Assembly (NCBI GenBank): GCA_965644265.1
Contig: OZ286469.1
Coordinates: forward strand, 64,790,001-64,854,000
Direction of reading: 5' to 3'
Source: Glycera tridactyla
Taxonomy: Eukaryota
DNA: 64,000 nucleotides
Shown: in pieces, positions 1 to 14,344 of the stretch
How the letters are laid out: every line of letters starts with the position of its first letter
Position numbering within the stretch: the first letter of the stretch is position 1
The notes under the pieces: model-generated
What the model was told of the DNA's origin: nothing
Seen by the model: the letters and a program-made list of their open reading frames with translations, nothing else
Databases searched by the model: none
Made by a program: the position numbers and the translations under genes

Positions 1-3000
1 TCAATCGGCAAAATGCCGCAAATCGGCACCTCTAGCTGACCTTTATTTGACCTTATCAGTCCAGTCCTCCAGAAGGGTCAGATCTGGCTTCTAGCTGACC
101 TCTGCTGGCCTCTGGTCAACTGATAAGATTAGAAAGCAGAACGTCTTTCTTGGGTTTCACAGTACCATGATCAAATGAATGATCAAGACAGCTGAATTAG
201 CATTAAATCCACAAAGGCAGCCATCTTTATTTCTGCAATGCTGACATCTCACCTTCACTCTTCACGCCAAGCGGCCATGAAAATAAGTTCAGTGAAGCAA
301 CCTTGAAGTTTCCTGTCCCGTGATGAGATCAGTTGTTTTGTGCGACCACTTCATCAGGGTCCTCCCCCACCCACACACCCACTTTTCTAGATTAAATTCA
401 TGTTAGTGACAAAATACGCAAACTACATGTGACACAAACTACATCTGACGTCCGATTTATCTCTTCCATCACAAAAATCCGAATTTACATAAAGTCAAGG
501 TTGTGAAGACTCTGTGAGCTTTTAACTTGACGATTATTGATGACGTATCAGAAGCATGTGGTTAGCGAGGATGAAGTACAAAATACGAGAGCCGTGTGTT
601 TATGATATTAGAAGTCAGGAGGGAATATTGAAGGTGAAAAATTCACAAATCAGCAGACATTGCTGACAGATCCCATGACTGATTAGAGCGTATAAACTGC
701 TATTAGGGACAGATTTATGGCAATTCTAAAGTGATCCATTTTGCAACCATACTAATTATGAATAATATTTATGCTGCATATTTTGTGCTCGGCCGAGTGG
801 CAAATAGTGTCTGAGAGTAAACGCCCAATCGGATACTAGTCACCAAATATACAGTCTTACGATGTATGCGATAATTCTCAAGTCAATCCATGTGTCCACC
901 TCCTACCTAGCCTATATTGACACATAACCTCAAGGTTTGTGAATACAAACAGAAGATTTAACCATGAATTCTTCTCAAGATCCTATGTCTGAGCACGGTT
1001 TTATCCAGAGAGATGTCCTGGTGTCTTATTGTCACCCCCCAGAAAATCAGAATTAGCACCCAATTTTTTTTTTATATTTTTGTAAATTTGATAAAAAATG
1101 AACACCTTACTTATTGAAAATCATTTTGTCATTTAAATAACCTATTTTGAAATTCTTGCTCTATCCCTGTTTCTGATCAAAGCATATCTCAGGGAGAATT
1201 CAATAATGGAGCGGAGAAATCCACAGGATTGGTGTTAAATTTTTTTTCAAAAAACAAAACAATCTTCATACTATCCTTTGTGACCTATAGATTTGGGAAT
1301 ACACAGAAAATGGGAATTATACATTTTGGATATGGCAAACATTAGAAGGTGCAGGTCCCTTGACAGACACAGGATTTATTCAAAGGACCTGAGCCTGCAG
1401 TTCAGATATGAATGGCAATTGGCTGTAAATGGGCGAGAGTGGCAGGGAGCTGCAGGGCCGCAGGCGGGCCAACAGCGGGCCAATTGGGCATGTGAAATGA
1501 TGCCAATAACAAAGCAAGCAATGGACAGTGGGAGTAACCTACTGACCACAACATATTAATACACCACCGTCAGATCCCGATATTCGCCAAGAAACGAGTC
1601 CCGAATGAGCGATCGTGACGTGATGTGACGCCACAGTCAGATCAATGAAATGCCACTCGATATGTGGTCACGTGGTGATGTCATGTCCCCCACTCAGTTG
1701 GTCACTGTACAGTGATTGCCAATTGCTCAAATTGCCAACAACTCATTGTACCAGGATGCTTGTATTGAATATGGTAACCTCCCTGACCTTCAAAAGTGGG
1801 TCAAACGTACTCACTGAGGCATCTGAAATTCAATATTGTAAGCAATGCACTGTCACGATCGTTGGTGCACACACCAAGTATGTGCGTGTGTGTGTATGCA
1901 TGCATGCACACATGCTCAAATATGCATTGATAATTGCTTCCATCATGGATGCGAGAAGCCAATGAATCAAAACTGATGAGATATTCAAAACAATAATTTG
2001 TTTAAACAAAAAAATGGAATCTTCGACCAATGTCATCTTTGTCCCATGCATGTACCCATTCACACGTATTATATAATGTTTACAAGAATAGTATGTTTTA
2101 TCACCTGATTGGTTGATCAAGGTTCACCATCCTCATAAATTCAGGAGATATTCACTCATTCATTCACCATGTATCACTGGTTTTGTGTCACTCTGGTTTA
2201 GTTTAATAAGGACAAAGGCCACAGTATAAGAAGAACACCCATATGTCTTGCGGGCTGAATGTACTACTAGATATAAAGGGCAAGGGATCTCACTGAGCTC
2301 CCAGTCATTTGATATTACTGAGGCAATCTGAGCCAGTGTTCTGAGTGCAGTCTCTATTGCAGTAATGCCTGCCTGGTTAAATCCATGCTAGACTGCCATA
2401 TGGGGGCATATTACGTCTAATGTGTGGCAAGATGCGGCTGAAAATCGCACAATACCATGATGGGCTTAACGTGCTAAGAGCGCGGCACGAAACCCGTCAG
2501 AGCCATTGGCTTCCACTGATTTGTGGTGCAAGCTGACGAAATGATCCCCGACTGTGACAATGAATATTATTATTGATTTAAACAAAAATACTTTTCCTGC
2601 CAACATTTAATAGCAAGCCAAGGCATGGTGTAATTGATTTTGGTAATAAATTGATTTCTGATGGAAGTGTGATGGTGGAGGCCTGGCAACTGATCTCTAT
2701 AAGCATCAGGCCGATCAAGGAGTCAAGGCCGCGGTTACAGTCCGTTTCTGATGTGGTGTCATAAACCCAGGATGATATATAACCATATCAAGTCACTATA
2801 AATAGCAACATTTTTAACCTTTCATTGATTATATGTCAGCTTTTATTACTAAATTGACATACCAGAAATGGACATGATGTAAGGAACTCGCAATCTGATA
2901 CACTGTCAGTTGCCGGAAGTAGAAAAATGGAGTGGATAGGACGCGACTATGAAGAGACAAGATCTCAGAGAAGCGGGAAAGTTAGCTAATATAGTCCGAC

Positions 3001-4639
3001 TAGCAGTGGACTATGTAGGGATGATGACCTGTGATGACCAAAAAAGCAATAGTGCAACTTCTCAGTGATCAAACCAGATATGGTAATTTAGGGAAAGACT
3101 GATATTCTCTACTGATGTCCAATTATAGTAATGCATGTCTAAACCGAATTTCAAGAATGTAGGTGCAATATTAACATTTGTGAGTATTATTGAATTCCGA
3201 TTTCTTGGAGTAATGTGCAAAAATTGCCAAAGTTTCAGTGGAAAATAAGTAATCATAACTGCAAAATTATGATGCCATCACAGCAAAGACGAATTGAGGT
3301 CCAAATTCAGAGTACATCAAAATAGAGAGAACAATTGACTCTTATCATAGCACTGTGAGTGCCTTTGCTCAAGTCACGAGTTTGCCCAGACCAATTACTG
3401 TCCAACACCACCCTGCCACTGAACATGTGAGCTTGTTTGATCGGGGACAGATATCAAAGGCAGCATGATAAACTAGTGCAGCCATATCATTCAGTCCCAT
3501 GATCCTCATATAAAACAGTACGGAGGGGTTGAGCCACAATTCAGCTCATTCAAGGTGAATTCCCTGTACAGAGAATGATGAATCGACCAAGCAATACCAT
3601 GTGAATTTATGATGACCGACACCCCATTTCATGTGTCAGCCAGGGGAAGTCCTCCAGGAAGCCCCAAATGCACTTTCTACTCCGTGTCAAATTGGGTGAC
3701 TTTCCTCAGCATATATTGCTTTCCTTGGCATGTATTGATGTTAAAATCAATAGAAAATAGATAATTCATGAGGTTCTACAGTGAGGAATGACTCCTGCAT
3801 CACCTTGCAGTTGTTACAGTCCATCCTGGAGACCCATATTTCAAATGATATTCCAAATATTACACAGATAATAAATTCTAGTCTGTCCAATTCTACATGC
3901 TCTGTCACCACTCACCTCACACTGAACTTGTCCGCAAAGGCTACCATTGATCAAGGGTTGCATCATGGATTTCCAAAATTGGAGCTATTGACCCCCCTTA
4001 AAGAGGGCATTTCTTGATGCAATACTACATAACTGAGACTCCCTCCTCCAAGCAACTACCTGTCTTACAAAACCACTTTTATAATCTGCTCCCTATTTTC
4101 ATAAGGTACATATTCCTGTCACCAGGCCACATGTCTCAAAAGACAACTCTCGAGTAATTCTGCAAGACATTTCACAAAGAAAACCTCTGAAAAGTGGTGG
4201 CTCTTCCGAACAATCAATCTGTGTTTGCTTGCATGAATCGTTGAATATGGATGGGAACAACACTCAATCAGCTGAAGCGCTCTTCTGAAACTATTTGCAC
4301 GCAACCATTTCAGGTTGAATGAATTGAGGCAAGTCAGGCGGAAATCCACTGATTGAGAGAGAGAGCGGGAGCGAGAGTGGGAGAGAGATTCACTGTGCTA
4401 CCATATCTATGAAAAAGTGGCATTTGTAGGCAGGCGGTCTTTGCAGAGAGGTGTTCAATGCAGTTGGTTGGAATGCATGTGGTGTTGATGAGGAATAGAC
4501 ATCACACTGAACAAAAGAAAAGATGCTCAGGTCCGAAGTAGACTCACAGATACACAATTTCTATGGCTTCACAACTAGACATCAGTCTAGAGAGTAGAAC
4601 ATATGACAAAAGACCTCCTGACATAAGGCTTTCTATTTT

Positions 4640-4898
4640 GAAAGGCATAGTCACGAAAATACCTCTGATGAGAAACCACCTGAGAGGTCATGAGCTTTTT
4701 CTTGTCATTTGATGTGGTCTCTTGTCACAGGTTTCACTGTACGTGTGGTGTATTCAGGACCACATGAGAAACTGGCTTTTGTAGAAAGGTGTTCTCTGTA
4801 GGGAGGCAGACTATGAAATATCACTGCAGTCATCCCTTGGTGGTCTTTGCAGCTAGGTAGTTTCAAACAGAAGTGGTCCCTCAGAGCAGGTGGAACTG
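4640..4898. mobile_element. Two degenerate or partial MITE copies immediately upstream of 4903 (right TIRs end at 4739 and 4898, each followed by TA)
   Basis: cttgtcacaggtttcactg-ta at 4721-4741 is the reverse complement of the 62816 left end; gcaggtggaactg-ta at 4886-4900. The left boundary is approximate. Confidence 0.6.
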
Positions 4899-4902
4899 TA
4901 CA

Positions 4903-5076
4903 CAGTGAAACCTGCAACAAGACAACCCTGATGAGAGACCACCTCCTATGGGAGACCACTTTTCCAGCGCAGCTCTTCTATTTGATGTAGTCAAATATAC
5001 CTCCGACAAGAGAACATCTCTTTTGGGACCACATTTTGGTGACATTTAGGGCGGTCTCTCATCGCAGGTTTCACTG
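4903..5076. mobile_element. MITE family A (TIR CAGTGAAACCTG...CAGGTTTCACTG), Tc1/mariner-pogo-like non-autonomous element
   Basis: Terminal inverted repeats; 174 bp; flanked by CA on both sides; homologous to 5652-5829, 54407-54579 and 62816-62958. Confidence 0.85.
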
Positions 5077-5651
5077 CACTATTTTGAAACATTCTTGAAA
5101 CCTGTCTCTCAAGGCATCCTTATTTGTAGCTTTGTAACAATACCCTGCGAATGATGAGAAGTTGAAGGGCTACAATCCTGTCACACGAGACACAGGATAA
5201 TTTTCCGTCTCCGGCAGGGATCAGATTACTGCAATATTTTCAACACCTCCGCACTTAGTCGTGACAATCAGCTCGATGAAATAGCAACAAAAAATGTAAA
5301 ATTAGACGCTAGTGCCTGTCTCAAAATTCATTTTCATGAATGAGATACTGCAATATATTAGATTGCACAGATGATATTTACTTAAATCCATGAAATATTT
5401 CCCAAATATTTCAGGATATAGCATTGATTCATGGGTTTCCAGTTCTCATATTAGAAGATATCTTGCAAATACATTTGTATAATGAAAGTATGCTATGTGA
5501 AAAACCTCAAGCTTGTGGCGATTCTTGGGGTTTTATTGAGTATCCAATTTGGGTGTTTCAGACAGATTTCGACAATTTCTGAACTTAGGAATCAGCTCCA
5601 AATGTCTGGATTTTTTTTTTGATTCATGAGAACTGGTATTACTAAATGATA

Positions 5652-5829
5652 CAGTAAAACCTGTCTTGGGAGACCGCCCAAATTGCCAACGAAAAGTGGT
5701 CTCTCAAGACAGGTGGTCTCTCATTAGAGGTATATTTGACTATGTCAAATAGAGAAGAGCCAACAAAGAGCGGTCTCCCATTAGAGGGTGGTCTCCCAAA
5801 AGAGGGGTCTCCCAAGACAGGTTTCACTG
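5652..5829. mobile_element. MITE family A, TA target-site duplication
   Basis: ta-CAGTAAAACCTGTCTTGGGAGACC...GGTCTCCCAAGACAGGTTTCACTG-ta; 178 bp. Confidence 0.9.
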
Positions 5830-6357
5830 TACAAAGATATGTCTGACTTTTGCTAGCATTATCAGAATGTCGTTGCCATCCACTCATTCTCAAATAATCT
5901 GCTATTCAGTATTTCCTCAATTCATATTCGTTCTATTGCCCTCTAAAGTGCACATGACTTCCCAGCAGCCAGAAGGCATAAATTGCTGGCAGGTAGCAAT
6001 TGTGAATATATATGAGAGCGACTTTCATATAATCTGTCTTACATGTAGGCGACCTAAGTAATTCAATTCACCAACTGATCTGCTCACAAATTGGCACTGA
6101 TGCCATGTCTCTATGGGTGCTGTCATAGAGTAAGTCATCGCAAGGAGCACATGTTCACTCGCAAGATTAGTTGCTCTAGCCGGGCATTTCATGGACGTCT
6201 GTCTTCTGTCAGAGCTCTCCGTCTGTGACAAGAGAATGTCTTCACTCCCTCGCATCATTGCGTTTTATGGTGGATTACGGGAAAACGCACTTCCTAGTGG
6301 GCAAATACACTTGACATATATCACTAACCCCACCACACCAGAGCTCTCTTTCCGTGT

Positions 6358-6398
6358 TGTGTGTGTTGTGTGCGTGTGCGTGTGCGTGTGTGTGTGTA

Positions 6399-6430
<32 letters not shown>
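6358..6430. repeat. (TG)n microsatellite
   Basis: Seen directly. Confidence 0.95.
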
Positions 6431-6431
<1 letters not shown>

Positions 6432-7167
6432 AGTCTCACTGTGTCCGTGCCTGTCTCTCACTCTCTTTTCAATAAATACACACACTATTAGGACACTCTC
6501 CCCTGCAAACAAGGGTGGCATTTATAGATGGATTGCACTGTATTCCATAATGGACAGTATCAATGTCTGTGAGTCTGTCCACCTCTCCACCTTCAATAGA
6601 CAAACTACAGCAGAAGATGGCAAAACGCCTTCATAGAAATGCATTACAAAACCTGTACCAGTACTTAGCAGAAGAGCAATGTAATCCTAAGCATGAATAC
6701 ATGGATTTATATGCAAGCTGCTAGCCATGACTGGCTGCTGGGTCTATTCAATACTTCAGCATCTGATAATGCACCTGGAAATGGTACAAAAGACCCAACA
6801 GTGTGCAGTCCAGTCCGCCATGGCAGACAATGGCTTCCACCAACAATACCTAACAGATATGTTTCATTTGGTCCAGGGCTAACATTCTCGGAACGCTTTC
6901 AAAAAAGTAATCATCATAAAGGAATGGCAAGCTGGAGAAATATGGGCATAAATAAGCATGACTCAACTGAGCTGACGCAGCCCAGAGTAGCCTCTGACCA
7001 CCAGATTGTCAGGTCAGAAAATCTACAATATGGTAAATACTACCATATCATGCCCCAAAAGGATGCAAATGCAAGGACAGCAACAGCATCTATAGTACAA
7101 ATGGAAAAGGATTCCGGTGAAGCGAGAGACAACTCGACAGATTAAGTGAAACCTGGGAAATCTCTTT

Positions 7168-7405
7168 GAACAGGGATTTTATTGGCTTACAACAACAGAC
7201 CCTGAAAACTTGACCGGAGGTGCTTTTTGCCAAGATTTTGAGGACAAGAGACCCAAACAACTGCAAACTAATGGCTACTATAACTGCATAAAACATTCTG
7301 GGCTCAATCTCCACTAATTCTGGTCCGATTTTCATGATTTAAATCCCAAAATAATCAGCATAAAATGTTTTTTCTGCCCATGCATGGTTTGCTGCATTTG
7401 TCACA
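7168..7405. repeat. Interspersed repeat, about 240 bp; second copy at 51756-51990
   Basis: Colinear blocks gaacaggga..attggcttacaac..ctgaaaac..ggtgcttt..caagattttg..actaatggctactat..ggtccgattttcatgat..tcagcataaaatg..gcatttgt. Confidence 0.8.
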
Positions 7406-8489
7406 AAACCGGAAATTCGAGGATCCATGGAAAAATCTGCTTGACTCCATCCTACTATTTCTGATTCATCCTTTAGAAATAAATTTCCTTAATTCATGGA
7501 TTCCTCCTAAAATTCGACTCTGATAATATTAGCTGAGATCTGATGACTACCCAGGATTTGACTTATAGGTAGGTATTAGGTATCCGTCATTATGAGGAGG
7601 GGGAAGAGGGTGGGTAGAGTGACGGAACTCAATATTTGGACGGCCCATATACCACGCAAATCTCTAGGTGAATACAATACCACCCGGTTCTCTGTCACGC
7701 TCGGCGCACTACAGACTTCTTGTCACGCTTGCCGTATCACTAAGGGAGCCGACAATGACAATAATGAACAAGCTGCGAATTCACTTAGTCGATTTCTGCG
7801 TTTGTCTTGTGTAAAGGGACTGGGCAGCCAGTCTCGCAGGGACGCTGCGTTCGGCTGAGTGATAACAGTTCTTCCAGTTGCTTGTGTATCATACAGGCAG
7901 GCCCGATCCCACGTGACCCCATGATGCATGACACAACAATAACTTGGCTCAACATTACCGCTAAACAAATGAGCGACAGTGCATAGATCAGCGACTCTCT
8001 TCATCTAAGCAGACCTACACCGATCCCGCCACACAGCATCGGGCTCAATCTGTATTGTGCATAAGACAACTGCGCGATGGTAATGCATTATGAATGTCAG
8101 TCTCCATAAGAACACCGCCACCTCTCACTTAATAACAATTATAGATTCGCCACATCCCTCATCTGACGGAGATAGCCAACAACGGAGAGGATACCAACCC
8201 AGCTAAAATTACACATCTCTTCCCTCATCAGATGAAATAGACCACATTTCAGAGGGAACTGTCCTCAATAGGATCATAAGCATAGATTTTCTCATCAACG
8301 GGCGTATCTTGTGATTGTATACATGTACATGCTTCTCACCAAGAGGCCACTTCACTGAGAATATGGCACAGGGATGGGGTGGAAATGGTGGGAAGAGAGG
8401 GTGAATATAACACAATGATAGGCCAGATATGGCATATGGGTAAGGCCAACATGGTATAAGGGGGTTTGTTGAGAAGAAATAGCTGACAG

Positions 8490-8700
8490 GATTGGTTTGG
8501 TTTGGCTTGGTTGAGGTCCATTGGCATGTATCAACCCAGAGGATTATGTATGGCATGTGTTCTTGGTCTATGAAAGCTTGTATCACTCTCACAAATCCAC
8601 AACACAATATCATTTGGAACCAGAGAGGTTGTCAAGAGGAAGTAGCTGACGGTTCAGACACACCTCTATCCCTCTACATGACAGTTCAAACACACATCCA
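8490..8700 (-). mobile_element. SINE-like interspersed repeat with simple-repeat tail (related copies near 10545-10670, 21697-21765, 22295-22430, 51620-51700)
   Basis: gtatcaaccca(g/t)aggat(t/c)atgtatg...gttc(t/c)tggtc(t/a)atgaaa is shared by 8528-8575 and 22329-22377. Copies are preceded by (GGTTT)n or (GATT)n, i.e. a 3' tail on the minus strand. Confidence 0.6.
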
Positions 8701-11700
8701 CCAATATAAGATAATACTGATTATCGTAAATAAGGCATATCTAGCTATGTGACAGACTAGAAGCTCAATCTGAAGCCTGATAACATTTCTTTCAAACAAA
8801 GAACAGTACCTTGGCTTAGAGTGCACATTCAAGACCAATATGTTTATGTGGATTTGCTGACATACCCACTACATATATGGCTGTTCTCTGCCCCCCACCC
8901 CCAATCTTGCCACTCTCCTCCAGAGAAATTGTCAATTTGAATTGGATTGAGGTTTCAAGTGCACAAAATTGAACTTGCTACGCAGGACGTGAGAAGAATA
9001 ATGACTGCGTTGTTGGCTATACGAAGGCGTTGGTGACGGCTCTTGACTAGTGGCCCTGGCGTCACATACAATTTGTCGCATCCATTTGCGAGTTTGTAAG
9101 AGTGATTGGACTCTCACAGAGAGACCTGAATGGATTCTAGCACTCCGTTATCAGGGAAATTTCACACTTCATCTCTGTCCAAATCCAGCCAGCAGTCTAC
9201 ATCCTAAATTTAACCACAGTTCAATAATGTCAAAGGTCAAAAGTCAAAGTTTACCTGACAATTTTGTTGGAATTAAACAGAAATTCACAACAGAATCTAT
9301 GAATTGAATCCCATTTTGACAGATCAACTTCTATGGAAGAGGTTTTTTTTTTTTTTTACAAAGAATGATATACCTATGACAATATGTGTTGTCGGATCAT
9401 TTTTCTGATGAATTCTGTACATTCATTTACCTGCGATTTCCTCAACTGATTTTCATGGATTCACTTGGAAATTCATCTCAACTGAATATTATTCAAACTA
9501 ATCTATACATCATTCATTCATTTCAGGATTCACGGCTTGATATGGATATCAAACTAAAATACAAATTGTTCAACGTAATGTATACACATGCGTGATTCAC
9601 TTATGCTTGAGGATAGCAAAGCGAAGTATATCAATCCTATGATTAGGTCCCCAGTAAACTACATGATGCCGGTTTTCCGTGAAGTTTCGGAGAATGTGAT
9701 TAGTGATGTGAGGAATCCATGGAGGTCACACGTTGGCTTCCCATGCTGCGGTGTGCCTAATAGAAAATTAACTATTGACCCATTCGTATTTTTCATCCAT
9801 ACCAGTCCATCTTCAGCAGCAGGGATCGATCCCCACACCAATCCCTGACCCAAATATATTCTTACAGGTCAGCACTGTGTGACAGAGCGATCCAATCGCT
9901 AGGATCACCAATCAAACAAGGACAAAGGACATGAGTTGATCACGCCACATGGCAGATATTGAGAATTTGAAAATCCATCATTCGTGATGTATCAGAGTGA
10001 TGGATGTATGACTCCACTGGCATCCAATATGCGAGAAAAACTAACGGGACCACCCATCCATTCTGTCATAATGAACATTCATCTACAATCAAAATTGTAA
10101 TGTTCATTCACATTTCTAGGGAGGGCAAATGTTCCATATTCAGGAGGCTATAAAATACAATTCCATGCATATATCCTCCAGGAAGTGACACGCACATTTG
10201 CTCATTCCAATTTCAATATTCTCTCATGCTCATCTCCAATTACATCAATAACTGAATATGACATATCATGACATCTGGTGGGATCAGGATGTCCTACTGC
10301 GGGCTCGATCGATGTTTCTGTCACTAATCTGTACAATAAATGGATGAACACCTCAAAGCAACTGATCAAATATCCCAATAACGGCAATCTCCATCTAGTG
10401 TTGCAATCCAAATTCAATCAAAAATAAGAATGTATCGCAATCAAACCTGTTCTAAACATGATATTTAGTTTAGTGTGGTTGGAGTTTCAGGCTTTTTTCA
10501 ACCAAATGGATTACGTAGGTCGGGCATGCGTTCCTGATTTTTTGAAGTCAAATTCTCTGTCACCTGCAGACATTACTCTCACAAACCCTAAAGACAAAAT
10601 GATAGCAAAGTAGAAGGTTGTCAGGAGTAGCTGACAGTTCAAACATGCCTCTAAGTTTCTCACATTAAGCTAAATAAACCTATCTATGGCATATCAAACA
10701 CTGCATCTGGCCGGAAACTGACACCTATGCCTGACAGCTATGCTTCCATTTTGAGCAGAGAACTGGGCTTGAAACAAGGAATGCACAAAGTCAAGAGAAC
10801 TGATTAAACAGATTCATACCATAGCCTCATTAATTGGGAAAAATATCCTGGTAGGATGTACATGGGCATGTTATGGGGTAGTACAGGCTCAGTATGAGTC
10901 TTTCTCCCAACAAGTTTAGATACAACTCATAATCAGTTCGAGAAATGGTGTGCGAAGAGTTTTTGATAAAATTCCGATGCAGAGTGTGTCGTTCACATTT
11001 TTAACTGAAGCCTGATGATTTCTTTAGATTTCCTTAAATGAAAACCTCATTGCGATTCAACTCCAACTATCTAATTTATGCTTTGATCTGACATCTGAAA
11101 CCCCTATTTATTTTATCTTCATGAAACCCTAGTTGGGATTCAAGTGATTACTGCAATCAAAAGTCTCGTTACGATTTTTTCACACTGGAGGATGCCATCT
11201 TGTGGCTGAATGAGTAAACCGACAATCAATGCTTGGCAACTGACGTAGCGGATGAAGTTTTGTACGCTGATTACCTGGCCGCGTTACGTTGGTCACGCTG
11301 TTCGTCACGCGATCCCCCGATCATCCAACAACCCATCAGAAGCGGCGCTGATCACTGAACGAGTGTTCCGGCACTGGATGACGACGACAACATTATGCGA
11401 TGGCTGCCATTACGCGATCAACAGCGACCATTATCATGCTTCCATTCAAACACTGCGCAGCCACCTTTTTAAAGCACATTACAATAAACGATGGGCTTTA
11501 TTGTGTTTCGTTTTAAATTAATTTAATATTGAATTTCCATATCAATTTGATTTTACCCGTCTTTGTAGTGACTAGCTGCCTTTATAACACTTGCCAATGA
11601 ATGCATATTGTACCATGATCTAATTATTACATGTATTGATATGAACCGAGATGCTGTGTTCTACATTTTTCTCATGACAGCAATGATCTGCCTTTCTGGT

Positions 11701-12739
11701 TAAATTATAGAAAGCCAGTATGGTGAGCTGTCACAGGACGGCTGTGACATCAGAACACATTCGGCTTTCAAACGGCAACACTGATGTCTCAACATTTTCA
11801 GATGGCACACGATGAGTTCACGTTCAGAAATCATCTTGAATTCATTTTTACCATCAGCCAATACCCTTAATGTTGGGATGAGCTGAGTTGCAGTCTAAGC
11901 CAAGGCTCTTATACAGTAGAATTGTTCAGATGGATGATAACATGTCCTAAATCGCTATTCACTCAGTTGTAGTTACAGGTTCTCTCAGGATACCATGGCA
12001 ATTGAAAACACCAACACATTTATTGAGCACAGCGGCATTTCAGTGAAATTCGCTCCACCAGAGTTAAGCAGAGAAAGCTGACAGGATGCATTCTGGGACG
12101 TGAGCTGCCAGCGAATGTGGCAAAATCTCAACCTCTCTACAAATTAGTAATGCTAGTAAAATGCAAAAAGAAATGACCTGAGAAGAGAAGTCAGTAAGCC
12201 AAAATCCTAGTGGTTGGCATCTATGTAATAAATAGGCACTGGATTGGGCATGAGGCACCTGTCCACAATGGTCAGTCACCATAGCTACCACACATGACTT
12301 CTGACTAGGTTAGATCACAACAAATAAGACTAACAACCTATTCTAGAGTGATTACCGCAACCAAATGCCAGGCATGGCTGGTCAATGACCAGGAGGATCC
12401 GCCGCAAGGCGTGAACCCTGGCAAGACAAAACAATCCAATGACTTCAGCCGTGTTTATAAACACAACCAAACAAGGAAGGGCTGTGCGGGACCTGGCAAG
12501 CCGTTGCTACTCAATGATTCAACATTGTTGCTAATATGGCTTGACTGATAACTGACTAACTACCTGGTGACTAGATGCTAACAAATAGCACCAGACGTCC
12601 CACTTGGTGACTGATGATGAGTGCCAAAAACATCATATTTGACTGGCGAGATGCGCAGGAAATTTATCGTGCATTAAACCTGATCAATAAGCAACTAGAT
12701 TCTCCATATCAAAGAGACCACCTCTGATGAGACCAATTA

Positions 12740-12915
12740 CAGTCGAACCTGTCTATAAAGACCGCCTTTGGGCGCATCAAAAAGCCGTATTTATGGGCAG
12801 GTGGTCTTCATAGAGAGGTCATTTACTGTTGAAAATACTACCACGGTCGCATACAGGCGGTCTTTATAGAGAGGTGGTCTTTATAGAGAGGTGGTCTTTA
12901 GAGCAGGTTCTACTG
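12740..12915. mobile_element. MITE family B (TIR CAGTCGAACCTG; internal GGTCTTTATAGAGAGGT subrepeats), TA TSD
   Basis: ta-CAGTCGAACCTG...GCAGGTTCTACTG-ta; near-identical in reverse complement to 57675-57852. Confidence 0.92.
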
Positions 12916-13058
12916 TATATCACAGAAATGTGACTCAAAACAGCATCACACCCAGTGGATGAAAAGGCCTCAAATGAACAATGAAATCTCATTGATGCAT
13001 TTTCGAGGTGCATTCGCAAATTTATGTTCCCCGAAGTTGGCTGAATTGCATGAACATA

Positions 13059-13160
13059 TTTAGCACACCACATGCCTGTGTGTGCCTCCCCAACTTCATG
13101 TGCCTTTTAGCACACCACATGCCTGTGTGTGCCTCCCCAACTTCATGTGCCTTTCAGCAC
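13059..13160. repeat. Near-perfect 47-bp tandem duplication
   Basis: tttagcacaccacatgcctgtgtgtgcctccccaacttcatgtgcct x2. Confidence 0.95.
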
Positions 13161-14060
13161 AAGGCTCAGATTGAGGATAACACTGAAATCATGAAATTGA
13201 TCGTGAGCATAACTAGCACACAAATATATGAAGCTAAACTCTTTCTTGGGGAGGCATTTATTACAATATTAGACTTGCATCCTGGGTATGTTGAACACTG
13301 ATGGGGTCAGTGGTCTGACATTGAGGGCTAAACTGTTTCCTCCTAAAGATTATATCCCTTCTGGCCGGGAGGCATTGATTATGGATGTAATGATGAATGG
13401 CTGGAGAGACCACATCAAAGTGCATTGCTGCCTAGACCCTGCGAAATATATTACTGCTATACTAGAGCGCAAGTTCCCACCGAATAACTAATACCGGCTT
13501 GGTCAGCGTGCAGAGGTCACCTGTCAGTTCCGTAAATACGCTTATCTGGCGTCAATCGCCGACACATCTCGCAGACTAATCGCTCTCATCGGCATCCTGC
13601 GATGACCTCTCATTGAATGTCGGAGCTTATAAAGCAGAATGAGCGCCGCGCTCCACGCAGGAATATAGGCTAATCATGGCCGCGATAAGGTCAACCATCT
13701 CAAACATGGATAAAATGCGATCCACTTCACAAGCCTAATTAGCCTCCAACACAGAAATCATCAGCCTCGCAGTAAATAATCACCAATAGCCATGACGGCA
13801 ACAGAATTTTCTCAAATCTAACATAGTTCCCCAAATATTCCCTCTTGTAGCTTCAAAAGCACCTGACTGAGAAGAAACAACCTTTTGGGCTAATCCTACA
13901 AGCTTTTAGATAGTAAATCCTTCATGAATTTTCCTTAATCGATTGACTTTTCTGGATACTGTGAATCTATTGGCAGAATTTCCGTGAGTATTCAGATTTC
14001 TTTCAGTGTCAGGGTTCCAAAAACTGTGTCTTTAACATGTGCGAAAACACATCATAATAT

Positions 14061-14063
<3 letters not shown>

Positions 14064-14138
<75 letters not shown>

Positions 14139-14148
14139 ATGTGTGTGT
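14064..14148. repeat. (TG)n microsatellite
   Basis: Seen directly. Confidence 0.97.
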
Positions 14149-14344
14149 TATCGGGTTGCTACAGGGAAGCCAATTGCTGTGACACCATTAGCTAGCTACA
14201 GAAATAGTGATGACATCTGTGGGTCAGTATCTTCTTCTTGGAATTTTCAAATTGACACAAACTTTGAATCTCTACATTCAAATACTCCACATTGATATAG
14301 AATCTGCAATCTTTGCAAGCCCAGAATATAGATTGACTATGGAT

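Noticed and set aside
4119-4348. 76-codon minus ORF behind a (CT)n acceptor, phase-compatible with the TIA-1 exon donor
   Set aside because: The polypyrimidine tract is just a (GA)n microsatellite and the peptide has no RRM2 similarity.
6693-7145. 150-aa plus-strand ORF
   Set aside because: No recognisable domain or splice structure, antisense to the host gene; an ORF of this length can arise by chance in 64 kb.
9815-9850. tRNA B-box-like ggatcgatccc with a short hairpin
   Set aside because: No A box or cloverleaf; not a tRNA, and too weak to call a SINE head.
12064-12139. Terminal-exon-like segment EVEILPHSLAAHVPECILSAFSA* with a nearby AATAAA; similar segment at 10202-10330
   Set aside because: Both need phase-2 entry, incompatible with the phase-1 TIA-1 donor, and no upstream partner exon was found.
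12860-12900. Short direct repeats that might suggest a CRISPR-like array (also 57697-57735)
   Set aside because: They are contiguous internal subrepeats of MITE family B with no spacers, in eukaryotic DNA with no cas genes.
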